Virus record (IMG/VR): IMGVR_UViG_3300042945_000250
Coordinates: 1-30,427 of that record
Length of the DNA: 30,427 bases
Direction: 5' to 3' (one strand)
Source: a virus
Lineage: Duplodnaviria; Caudoviricetes
Shown here: one piece after another, positions 16,801 through 27,800 of the stretch
How the letters are laid out: each line of letters opens with the position of its first letter
How positions within the stretch are numbered: position 1 is the first letter of the stretch
Program-made: the position numbers and the translations under genes
Notes under the pieces: generated by a model
The model's database searches: none
What the model saw: the letters and a program-made list of their open reading frames with translations, nothing else
Told to the model about the DNA's origin: nothing

Positions 16801-18199
16801 ATTGAATATTTCTCGTTAGATAATTGTGGATAATACTATTAGTGTTGTTTAAATTAAAAGCATCATCAATGTCAAAGATTGTGAGTGATCCAGTAGATGC
16901 TAAAAGTTGTCCAACTGGCATTCCACTAATTCCAAGATCAGATGCGCTCTTTGTAATAGAAAAAGACTTTGTTTGATTAGAAAGATTCACTGCAAGTCTT
17001 GGAGAAAGTTCTATAAGATCAAATGAAGCATTTGCAACATTCATCTTTTCAGCAACAACTCTTAGGCCCTGAATATACTCAAACTCTCTATATTTAATAT
17101 TTGAATCTGCATTATCCTTAAACATTACTGGACTAGTTAGGTCTGTAACAAAGTTTGTAAGTCTGTCCACAGTTTCTTCTTGTAACTGCCAACCATATGA
17201 AGGAGCAAAAGTTTCCCATTGACCGTTATACCAAATGTGGAATGTTCCAACATCCTCTTTATTTTCTTTAATTAAATAAGCGTATCCAGTAACAGCCTCA
17301 TCTGGTAAAAACAGTTCTGAGCCATACTCTTCTGCATAAATAAAAATCTCTGAATACTTACTAGGAATCTTAAGGCCATATGAAATTTCAACATATCCAT
17401 CTGGTCCAATAATAGGAGATCCATCTTTTCTTCTGGAATTAGAGTCAAACGATATGACATCTGACCAGTTATTGTTTATCATTTTTTGAATTTTCCACTT
17501 TGTCGGAATCTTTGCATTTGCCTGTCCGTATAGTGGATCTGAAAATGTAGATGATGAATTAGAGAATGGACCAAGATCAATAGTTCCAATATGGGTTTGC
17601 ATTTTTACAACAATTCTATTGGTTGGAACAAGTTCTTTGTAAACAATAAATGGTGCAGCATCTTCTATAAAGTATGAGCCATTTGATTGTGCAGATGAGA
17701 TACCATACTCTTTACCATTTTCAGTTCTATATGAAGTCCAGTATTTAAATCCATCATCCTTGTCTGGCATATAATACCTTGGGCGCTTAGCCATATTTAA
17801 GTTTGCGTGATGTAAATATGAACCAGAAAAGAATGAGGCTTTATTAATTCCAGATCTTGGTCTTAAAGGGCCAAAGCAATCCTCAAGAGAATAAAGCATT
17901 TTAATCTTATCTTTTGTTTCTTTTAATACTATAGGAACCATATCTTCGTTTTCAAAGCCACCGTCAATAACAACGTCTGCATCTGTTGCTTTTGTATATG
18001 CATTTGCTGCATCATTTTTATCATATGAATTTATCAATGTTTTAAATGGTGAGTCTGAAGTTGCTGGTCTATATCTATAATTACCAATCTTTTGAATGTT
18101 ATTTGGTATGTTCATATTCCACTCAGCAATGATTGCGGACTGAGTTCTTACAGCAGAAGAAGTCTCTAGGTAGTTCTTTAGTTCCTCGCTATTAAACAT
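13850..18199 (-). CDS. Large minor tail protein (tail-tip hub / central fibre) with a ConA/LamG-like insertion
   Basis: About 1449 aa, the second gene after the TMP. It has hub-like motifs (AEILQDIA..AMFFDEYN, ANPMIQLGDIVEV) and a lectin-like segment (NNGYYFEI...FYLFINGNQVAVVDD). The ATG at 18199 (TAATG overlap) is preferred over 18232. Confidence 0.8.
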   Translation of the reverse strand: MFNSEELKNYLETSSAVRTQSAIIAEWNMNIPNNIQKIGNYRYRPATSDSPFKTLINSYDKNDAANAYTKATDADVVIDGGFENEDMVPIVLKETKDKIKMLYSLEDCFGPLRPRSGINKASFFSGSYLHHANLNMAKRPRYYMPDKDDGFKYWTSYRTENGKEYGISSAQSNGSYFIEDAAPFIVYKELVPTNRIVVKMQTHIGTIDLGPFSNSSSTFSDPLYGQANAKIPTKWKIQKMINNNWSDVISFDSNSRRKDGSPIIGPDGYVEISYGLKIPSKYSEIFIYAEEYGSELFLPDEAVTGYAYLIKENKEDVGTFHIWYNGQWETFAPSYGWQLQEETVDRLTNFVTDLTSPVMFKDNADSNIKYREFEYIQGLRVVAEKMNVANASFDLIELSPRLAVNLSNQTKSFSITKSASDLGISGMPVGQLLASTGSLTIFDIDDAFNLNNTNSIIHNYLTRNIQFKFYEVIVDVDGYDYYIPIKTLYSEGFPKIDHNSKKVSLELRDMFFRFESMTAPQMLTTNTSVSSAVSLLLDSVGFSNYAFKRLPNEPELIIPYFFIPPNKTVAEILQDIAVSTQTAMFFDEYNNFVMMSRNYIMPSLTDRPTDIGVYGVDDQADTGILENANTRNALSNIIGVSSQDNSVYNGGTITYDVRYIQRSVGSIKQASMIDNDKVWVYKPVLLWEVSGSENTKSINQEVGAQSSYVLSAIPMNSSLSNVVPTVSNHVVVNNVIDLGEGVYWIPRYNGYFYANGEIIKFDAVEYSVAGVGNVWINSVEEYQNYFSKLPFNGKIYPTGLVRIYSEPNYEIINGVTRLANGPVAKHGRGQFNTKIVSHDAGINEYWTNDNNVRGCVMDSDLLFNSVKVTADGKDYQTTKTSGLTTLKEFTFDLEDGPAGISLDTAKKSSRNGIIKNFLSSSYKNENDVKSLLSTQSGTIQSSALVFNGPTFNTAETSSNYISYVYKKLTDSYKSFGTRMRIVGKIESNKDKTQSMVGGSQYYTVTGLTPDTDIYVTGGSGGIAVLLNPETNNGYYFEIAALSTYKVDSKNTNVNNIFFYKIAKEVGSSDSDKAIPIKLWEGLTNIVVDDGRFTGQYRMVAEQTPTVYDLNVEYEKTSSGLRFYLFINGNQVAVVDDASPLPVYSNMALFVRGSAKCMFEHIYAITNNYTQNTAYSIDTPVNKIYADKEIDTNAAFSKYAMSGVVQGTYLSGISPYQPPEHRLYFDEFGTIMREASLFDVKYDKAWPALFAKMSPTFNRLKGYTVSGFRAGSYGAEFMIFNATDTALSLDETTGNYLRIQGITFTQNSQNDLTVDSYFSKNSDFSNPELSGTTVLVSPEKTKQEYQDIKISRMTHGKKEFSLNVPYVQTQDDANSLMGWMIKKIMKPRQSIGLQIFANPMIQLGDIVEVSYVKDNVDILGSLNKRFVVYNIEYSKDESGPAMSLYVSEVL

Positions 18200-18864
18200 T
18201 ACACTTCTTCCAGAGTTATATTTATATTCCAAAAGTCATGATTGCTTGCTCCACGCTTTACAACAGTGTATTTGAAATCTGAAATAAACATCTCGACTAC
18301 CTGATTGTATTGATTTAAATGTGCGTAGGCATTATCATCCTTGCCAAAATTAGAATACTTATCGTAAGCAAGATATACCCAGAACGATCCTATGTGGTTT
18401 TCATACCAGTCTAAAAGTTCAACTCCTCCTGCGCCACCATCAGTTGTATATTGTAGGGATGGGGTAATTATTTCTTTTGGCTTTCCATCACTGCCGAACT
18501 CAGGATTTAAATAGTGCGATCTAGATGGAAGCATTTCCCATGATGTTGATATTGTTAACTTATCTGCAATATGGTATGATCTCATACGGCCATTGATCAT
18601 TCTCTCCCGCTTTTCAATTCTGGTTGTAGAAATATCAATTGGCGATCTATTGTCGTCTGAAAGAATAAGAAATTGGTCTAGCATGGATGGACTAGTTTCA
18701 GAGCCAGGATCAGCATTTACCTCGTAGCCATTTGGAATATAAACCTTATAGTCTGGATTAGACTGTGTTGGGGCTGCTACAAGTGTTCCTGAGTTTTCAG
18801 AAAATAGTATAGCCTGTGGTCTTGTATACTTCTTACGACCTGCCATATAGTTTGCTGTAGCCAT
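18199..18864 (-). CDS. Putative distal tail (Dit-like) minor tail protein
   Basis: First gene after the TMP. It has RMINGRMRSY and ends in WNINITLEEV, a typical Dit/tube-fold terminus. Confidence 0.7.
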   Translation of the reverse strand: MATANYMAGRKKYTRPQAILFSENSGTLVAAPTQSNPDYKVYIPNGYEVNADPGSETSPSMLDQFLILSDDNRSPIDISTTRIEKRERMINGRMRSYHIADKLTISTSWEMLPSRSHYLNPEFGSDGKPKEIITPSLQYTTDGGAGGVELLDWYENHIGSFWVYLAYDKYSNFGKDDNAYAHLNQYNQVVEMFISDFKYTVVKRGASNHDFWNINITLEEV

Positions 18865-21800
18865 TATAGTCTATTCCCCCTAACTCTTTGTGAGTCAATA
18901 CCCCTGATTTGTGCCATAACAACTCTTGCAATGTCGTCAGGATTTGCATCAGATTTTACATTAACGCTTAGGTTATAATTATACACTGATTCGCCAATCG
19001 CTGTGCCATTATTGATTGCTCTCATATTTTCTGCCCCGTGAGCATTCACAGCATATCTACTCATTACAAATTCTCCTGGGCTCAAAAGTGCTGGAACTGT
19101 GTCAGTTCCAAATGAAGGAATCTTTTGAGTAACCATTCCTCCAGATGCAAGTTTGTTTAGTCTTCCCCCCATAAGTTTATAGATATAGTTTCCATATCTA
19201 ACATGTGTTCCATCATCCTTTTTATCATAGGAGATATTCATTTCCATGCCAATTCTTGCCAAGCCAAGTTTATTTAAAACTCCATTGGTTACATAGTCAT
19301 TTGGATCTTTTAGACTATCTTCTTTATCAATAACCAGCATTGCTGTTTTTCTCTCTTCTTTAGATAGAGTTTTGTTGGGTATTAGTTTCCATGGATTTTG
19401 ATATGAACCAAGAGGCTTTTTCATATTATAATTTTTGCTATCTTCTCCTGCATTTGCTGGAGGCTTTGCTGCAGTGATTTGTTGCCCAGGCTTAGTAGGC
19501 ATACTTGCTGCCTTCCAATTTGCATAGTCAGTATTATAATTTGATAATGCCTCTGTCCCATACTTTGCGTAATCCTGAATTACTGGAAAGTTCTGAGCAC
19601 CTGGTGCATAGGTCTTTGGTGTAAACGCTACATTAGATTTTGTTCCAGTTGCCTTACCCCATGCCTGCATATCGTTAGCATAATAACTAGCACCATATGT
19701 TATGCCATACTTTTTATTATAATCGGCTAGAACTGGTGCCTTTGAATTTTTATTATACGTTGCAGCCTTCCATACTGGGAAATTGCTTGCTACTGTTGGA
19801 TCTAATACTGTCTTGTCATCCTTCTTGTCTCCACCACCACCTGATCCACCACCTGAGCCACCACCTGAAGTGTTAACTCCAGATCCATCTGACTTAGATG
19901 GCTTGACACTCTTAAGATTATCCTTAATGTATTGATCTGCACTATTTTTAGAGGGATCATTATAAGAAACATTTGGATTATCTGCTGCAGTAGTTGGCTC
20001 TGTTACTGGAGCGACTGGGGCACCCTTTGACCACTTCTTATTAAATGCTGCTTGAGTATATGCTGCAACAGTGTATCCACCATTTTGATTAATTTTAAGT
20101 TGTGCGAGATCTGCATCATACTCTGCTTTTTCTTTTTCATATGCTTTTAGGGCCTCTGCACGTGCTTTATCTGCAGCATCCTTTTTCTCTTGTGCAAACT
20201 TTTCATTTTCAGCAGCCTGCTTGATCATTGTATCTTTTACTGATTTGGCTCCATCTGTAACCGTTGATGCATTAAGACCAATCGTCTTATTTATCTTATC
20301 CCATCCATCTTCAATCTTCTGAACTGATGCAAGCATTGACCCCATAAGATTATCAAAGTCTTGTGCTGCAACTGAAGAAGCCTCAATTTTTGCTGCAACA
20401 GCATCCCAGTGATCTCTAGTCTGACCCTGAACCTTTATGCTATCAACCAACTGCTGCATGGCATATTCGTCATTTGCAATTTGATTATTTCTTGCATCTA
20501 TTCCATCTTGTAGAGGCTCAATTTGCTTTTTGTTTATATTATAAATCTCATCTTCTTTTGCACGAATAGCAATTTGTGCTGCTTCTCTTTTTTCTTCTAA
20601 GTTATAAATAGCGTCCTGCTTGGCTTGAATTCTGTCAAGGAGTTGTAGCCTTGTGAGCATTTCATTGCCAACCTTGGTAGTTGCTGTGTTTTCAAGTTCG
20701 TATATCTTTTGAGCATTCTGATATTGTTTTTCTAAGATCTCATCTCTTGTTAGGCCAGACTTCTCTCCTCTAAGACTATTTAGTTCGTTTTGTCTAGATT
20801 GTTCTAAAGCCTTTGATGCATTCTCTGCATTTGTATCTGCCTGAGATGCTCTCATTTCTTGCGCTGCACGGGCTGCTGCTGCAATGTCACCTTGTGACAG
20901 AGCATCTGCAAGACCTAACTGCTGCTTTTGCTGATTAACAATTTGAGCATTAACTTCTGCTACCTTAGAAAGTGCTGTAGCCTGATCATCATAACTCTTA
21001 TTTATCTGCTCTGCAGCATGATTCATTACATCAAGGTCATGAGTTAATTGTGCATTTTGTTCATTAATCTTTTGAATAGGTCTTTCGAATGCAAGTTCAA
21101 TAACTCTTTGCATGTCGCTGATTTCTTCTTGATATGCTTCAATAACACGAATAATCTCAAGTTCCATCTTTCGCTGCATGTCTTCAATTGTTTTTTGAAT
21201 TGGTCTAATCTGATTAAATGTTATGTTCTGAATATCCAACTGAGCCTTTTCGTTGGCTGCTTTATTATCCTTTAATCTCTTAACCATTGCTGTAGATCTA
21301 GCATCTACACCAGTTCTGATAAGTTGTTCTTGAACAGCAAACATTCTGTTAACAAGTTCCATGCCAGGTGCTGCTGCTGCAGCAAAGTCGCCAGCATTGA
21401 ACTTACCCTTAATCTCAACAATCTTTTGACCCTTGATATTATTTAAGTAATCTGAAATTGCCTTTGAGTCAATCTTTCCATCTGCAAGATCATCCATTAA
21501 TTCTTTTGCAAGATTTGGATCTTCTAACACTGTTGCAATTTGTTCAACAGAGTATCCAGCAACCTTTAGTGCAGAAGCAAGTTTTGGCATAGTGCCTGCA
21601 GCAAACTCCATCGCTGCATTCTTTGCTAGTAGGTCATTAATTACTGCTTGCTTCTGTAATGCATCATTTGCTGTTTTTAGGTCTGCAATATATTTTTTAA
21701 GATCTGTCTTTGCGATTAGGCCAGATGAAAAAGCAGCAGCAAGTGCTGTATTAGATACTAAGTCAAGTGCTTTGGATGTATCCACACCCTGTGCTTTAAG

Positions 21801-24800
21801 CATAGCAAAGGCTTTATACTGATTATTTGTATTTTGAATTGCTTCTGCTTGTGCAATATTAAAGTCATCTAGCGGAGCCTCGTTGTAGGCTGCCATAAAT
21901 GCTTTTCCTGCTTCAGAGAAACCAGCAATCCTACTTTTATCTACAACGGTCTTACCCTTAACCTTTTTAGTTTCATAGGTAAACATTGACTGATTACCCT
22001 TTTTAGTAGGGTCAGCATCTGCGCTTTTTAGTTTTTCAAGGTCTTCCGCTGATAGTCCAGCGATCATATCTCTAAATTCTTTTGGAGCCTTTAGTGCAAT
22101 GAGTCTTTGTTGCAAACCGCCAAATAACTTAAACATATTTGCAACGTCTTTTTGTGCATCCTTACTTCTAAATGCTGCAAGCATTGATTCAATTGGCTTT
22201 TTTGCATTGAATGCTTGATCTCTTACCATCTTGATACGCATTGCAAGTGAGTCTAAGAAAGCAAATGGATTGTCCTTTTCTCCCTTTCCAGGACCATCAT
22301 TAAATGGTTTTGTCTTAGAGTCAATAACTGGAGTTGTTCCAATTGCAATCTGAGTCTTTGCAGACGCTACAGCAGTAGGATCTACCTTTACCTTTGTAAT
22401 TAACGCATCGATCTCAAGTTCAGTCTGTTGCTTGATATATGTGTTAATGTCTTTTGGTGCATTTCCTGCTTTTCTAAGTGCATTAAGTTTATCAACTGCT
22501 AGTGATTCTGCCTGAGATCTAAAGTAGTCTCTTGCTTCTGGGCTTGTATAATCCATAGACATAATTTGGTTATATACCATTGTGTATGTTCTTATGGCAT
22601 CCGATTGCTTTTTAGCATCTCCCTTAAACTCTTTATTTATATAGTCTAAGAATCCTTGATCAACCTTTACGTTTGTATCATTTGTAAATTGAGTTACAAC
22701 ATCTAGAGTTACCTCTCCACCCTTAAGACCTTTAATCTTACCTTCAAGTTCATCCAATCTATCAATATAGTATTGCATTCCAGAAACGCCGCCCATTTCC
22801 TTAACGACAACTTCCATATTGATTTCTTTGCCATCAAGCCAAGAGGCTAGACCAAACAAATCTGATAGTTTTTTAAATGATTCATTGTCTTGCGTTGTTA
22901 CTTCAAGGGCTATCTCTTGTGCATATTCTTTGTCTTGGAAATTTGTTAAAAGCATCATAAACTCAGCAGTTGCTCCTGCACCGTGCATTCTTGTTCCGAT
23001 GTTTAATACTGTCTCTAGTGCTGGAAGTTTTCCTTCAAATAGATCAAGCATCGCTGTTTCTTGGTTTGGAGTTAGAGTTCCATTTGCCATAAGAAGTTTC
23101 ATCTTAACTTCAAATGACTGTGCTTCTTTACCGCTCTTAAATCCAGCCTCAGTGTAGTTATCTTTTCCAAGACCTAGGAATGCTCCACCATCGCTATACT
23201 TTGCAAGTCTGTCTTGAACTGTCTGCGCCTGTGTTGCTTGCTCTGTATTTGCATACTTATCAGTTACTGCTCCTGAAAGGCTTTGCATATATGCTGCTTC
23301 TCTTTGGTTTCCTCCACCAAAAAGTTTGTATGCTCCGAGAGTAAGTCCATCCATCCATGTATTTTGATATTGAATGTTTTCATTAAATCTCTTCATTGCA
23401 TTATCTGTTGCATTTGCAACAAGATTATTCATCTGAAATTCTGAGTCAAGTGCTTTTTCTTTAAGTGTAGTAAGTTGTCCTTCTAACTTAATCTGTTCTT
23501 TTTTATTTGTAGTTTGAGCAATTTGTGCCTGTAGAGTTCTGATCTCATCATCATACTTTCTAGCAATTGCGTCTGCCTGCATTTGTGCTGTTTGAACTGC
23601 TACGGCATCGGCTGCAGCAAGACCTGCTGCTTCTACTGCTCCAGACAAACCATTGTATTTTGCATTTTCCATATCTGCTAAATACTTTTCTGACTTTGCC
23701 TGTGCTGATGTGTTTAGTCTCATTGCAACAATAAGAGGATCTTTGGTAAGATCTTCACCATTGGGACCAATAAGGGCTGCAAGTGATGCATCAACTTTTA
23801 TACCAAGTGATGTATCTTTAAAGTTAACTCCAATTTGATAAGCAATGCTTTGTGCCTGTTCTGCACTTAAAACTCCGTCTTGAACATAGGCTGCAAGTTC
23901 TGTTGCAAATACTTGTGCTGCTTCTTTTGCCCCAGACTTTTTGATATTATCTTGAAGGGTTTTCCCCATCTTCTTTCCAATATCAGATTGCATAAAGGTA
24001 TCGCCAAAGTCTGAACCCTTTCTTTCTCTTACAATATAATCTCTTGTAGTTCCTTCTGCTCTCTTACGAGCCATTAATTCAGATGATCCAACCTTGCCAG
24101 TGATCATTCCAATTTCTTTCATCTTTTGCGTTGAAGCAGATGTCTCACGAACAAACTTTGCTTGTGCTGCATATGATGCCTGTAGTTTTTTATTTAATGC
24201 ATATAGACCAACTCCAACTGCTGTGATTGCAGCAACTGCCCAACCAATTGGCCCCATACCAGCAAGCATGGGTGCCATCTGTGCTACACCTGCTGCAGTT
24301 CCTAAAGCACCAGTTACTGCTGGTGGTGCGCCAACTGCTCCAGCAACCATAGTCGCCATACCAAGAGCACCTGCTGCTTTACCAGAAAACTTACTTGCTT
24401 TTTCTCTACGCATTCCACGCTTCTTTTTAAGAATCTGCTTTTCACTAAGAGTTGTTGGCTGTCCAGTTTCTGGATCAAGAACAATCTGTCCCTTTTTGTT
24501 TTGAGTAAATCCTTGTGTTGTATCTGTTCCATATGCTTCTGCAAGCGCTGTGTCAAGATCGACATAGGTGGAAGGAACTTTATTTCCAGCCTGACTTCCT
24601 GGTGGAACTGGTCCGTTTAGTGGTGGCTGACCAAGTTCTGCTCTCTTCTTTCTGTTGGCTTCTTCTTCAAGTCTAAGTGCTTCTCTTTTTTCTTTTGAAA
24701 TCTTATCATTGGTTGCAGAAATTTCTTCTGATGAATTTGCTATCTCTTCTTGAGAAATTCCAGTCTGCTGTGTTGCATTGACTACATTTTCTAAATTGCT

Positions 24801-27800
24801 GGATGTTGCATTTGCTAGTTCACTACTGGTAACAACATTATCTGCATGAGTTGTTTGTGCATCTACAGTCTCAGATGTGGCATCGACTAGTTCATCAGTC
24901 TTATCAGCAACAAGTGTTGTAGAGTCTGCAGTATCGTTTGTTCCCTCAACAATACGTCGAAGTCCATCGCCTTGCTCTTGTGTTCCATTAGAAACAAGTT
25001 CTTGCTCTTTCTTAACATCTGTTGCTGCCTTAACTGGATCCTGTGAAGACTCTTGTTCTGCATTAGCAATTTCTGCCTCTGCCCACTTTTGTCTTGCTTC
25101 TGCATATCTTAGTTCTGCTTCATTTGCCTTTTCTCTCGCTGCCTTAACTTGTTCGTCAGTAATTGTAGTTGGAGAATTTTCTCTTTTTTGCTTTGCCTGC
25201 TCTTTTTCAATTGCTGCTGCTCGTGCACGAGTTATTGCTGCTTCATTTTCAGCCTTATCTGCATCTTCACGGGCTTTTCCAATATTAATTGTATTGCCCT
25301 TAATCTTAATACGTGATTTACTTTCATCTTTTATCTGTGTAACAACTTGAGATTGTGCCGTTACTGCTTCTTCTGTTTTAACTGCTAACTGGTCAGCAGC
25401 GTCTGCTGTTCTTGTTGAGGATGAAATAATTAGTGATGTCGCCTGTGACGCTGCTGGAGTATCCGACATTGAGTCTACTGTTGCGGTTGCTCCACGCTTT
25501 CTTCTTTGTCTATCTTGTGACTTAAGTATTTGTCTTTGTTCAAGAAATTCTGGAGTATTTAGGTCATCATAAAAAGCCTTATTTGGAAGATCCATCTTAT
25601 CAACTTTTGCCTGTGTTTCTGCTGCTGTAGGAACTGCTGCATCTCCAAGTCTTGATGATTGAGCCCTTACTCCTGCTTCCCCATCTCTCATACCCTCTAC
25701 AATGCCATCTGCAACCTCTTTGCCAGCCTTACGACCCTTTTCAGAAGGTGATGATGCATCTGTTCCATCTGGCCCTCTGAGACCATCAATGACTGCTGCA
25801 CCAAGTGCTGCTCCGTCTGCTCTTGCTTGATCTATAGTAGATCCAACTGTTAGGTTTGCCATATTTTGTTTTTGATATGTCCCCTGTAATGACTTTACCG
25901 ACTTGCCATCTACCTGAACCTCGTCCTGCAAACCAAGTTCTTGTCTTAAAGGAACGTCAGACTTTTTAGGAACTGCAATTCGATTACCTTGACCATTTCT
26001 TCCATCATTAGGAGAGAACACAGCATAGGTTGTTGTCTTTAATAGATTGTCTACTGCCTGCCTTAATGTTGCATCAGCAGCATCTATTCTTTCATTTGCT
26101 CTGGCTACTGCGCCATAAAATTCTTCTTCTCCAAAGTTTTCTGGAAGATTGCTAATTTCTTCAGCAAGTATTCCGCCATAACTATCCATGCTTTGCTGTA
26201 GTCTTGCAAATGCCTCTGGATCTTTTAATGCTTCTTCTAGAGTTGTTCCCTGAATTCTTGCCCACTCTTGATAGATTGGAGCCAATGTCTTTCCTGCATC
26301 TGGACCATTAAATAATGCAGCCATCTCATCTCTTGGCATTTCAAAGTTGCCGTCTGTATCTCTTTTATTTGCTCTTTCAGGAGTCATGAAACCAAAACTA
26401 CTTAGTCCATACGCACGTCCACCATGTTCTGCAGCATCAGCGAATGCTGTTGATAAACTTGTATCTTTTCTAGTTCCATCTGGAGCAACTCTTTGTGATT
26501 GGCGACCTAGTCTGCCGAGTTCTGCTGGATCACTAATCTGCTCATGTGGTGCTGCTCCGTGAGCAAATACATAATTCTCATCCTCAAACCTTGTTGCAGA
26601 AGCAGCGTGATACTGCTCTCTAAATGGTCTTTGAGTTACTGAGTCTGTCTGCTTAGTTAAATTTTCAATTGCTTTTGCTGTAACTGTTTCTAGTTCTGCT
26701 AATCCCTCAGCGATTGCTGCTTTGAGTCTGTCAGCAAACTCTGGTCCAACTCTTTCTGCTGCCTTTGTTAACTCCTCTGTTAATTCTTTTGCAATTGCTG
26801 CCTGCGACTTAGGGTTTGGACCCATCGCTGAAACTGCTGCAACAAAGTCTTCTCTGTTTAGTCTAACTAACTCTGCTGCAGTTTGTTTTGTATTTACACC
26901 AAGGGTTCCTTCGTTATACTTTCTTACGTTATCCCCCATAAGTGCAGAAAGCATAGCCTTACCTTCTGGACTCTGTGCAATGCCTGCTGGAACAACTGCC
27001 TCGCCTGGAGTAAGCATTGCTGGAACTGTGTCTTTATTACCAGTTCCTGGAACACTAACAATTCCTTCTGCATACTTCTTTACCTTTGGTAATCCAGATA
27101 CGGCACCTGCTGGACCTGGGACTGTATTAAATAATCCTGGTGCAGATGATGCAAGTGTTCTTGCTTGGCTTGCTGCATTAGTGTATGCTGCTGCCAAAGA
27201 GTTAACTGCTGCAGATTCAACGTTAAAGGTATCAATAAGATCTTTATGAGTTAAATGCAAGGCATTTGACTGTGCTAGGTTTTCAGTTTCTTGCTGAGTT
27301 AAATAATCAAATCCACCACCAAGAATATTGTTTTGCCCATTTAACTTTGCAATACCATTTCTCATCATTGCAAATAACTTTATGAGGTTTGCGACTCCGT
27401 TAGCAACAAGACCAAATGTCATCAGTGCTGCTGGGGCAACTAGTCCAAGAACTCCAACAATAGTTGTAATTACCTTCTTTGTTCCATCACCAAGATTGTT
27501 AAACTTCTCAAGGATTGTAGAGGCAAACTTTACAATTGGTGTAACTGCCTGCAAGAATGCCTTTCCTACTGGAACAAGTTGTAGTTTTAAATCTTCTAAT
27601 GACTTCTTAAACTTTGTTCCGACTGCATCTTCTACCTTGCCAAGTTCTCGCTCAGATAGGATTGCAAGTTCTTCAACAGATGCACTAGCAAGTCCGAGTG
27701 CTCTGGCAGCCTGAGAAGAGTCTTTTGTAATGTTCTGGAATAATGTTGATAGACGAGCGAACTGGAACTTACCGAACATCTGTTCAATTGCTCTTGCACG

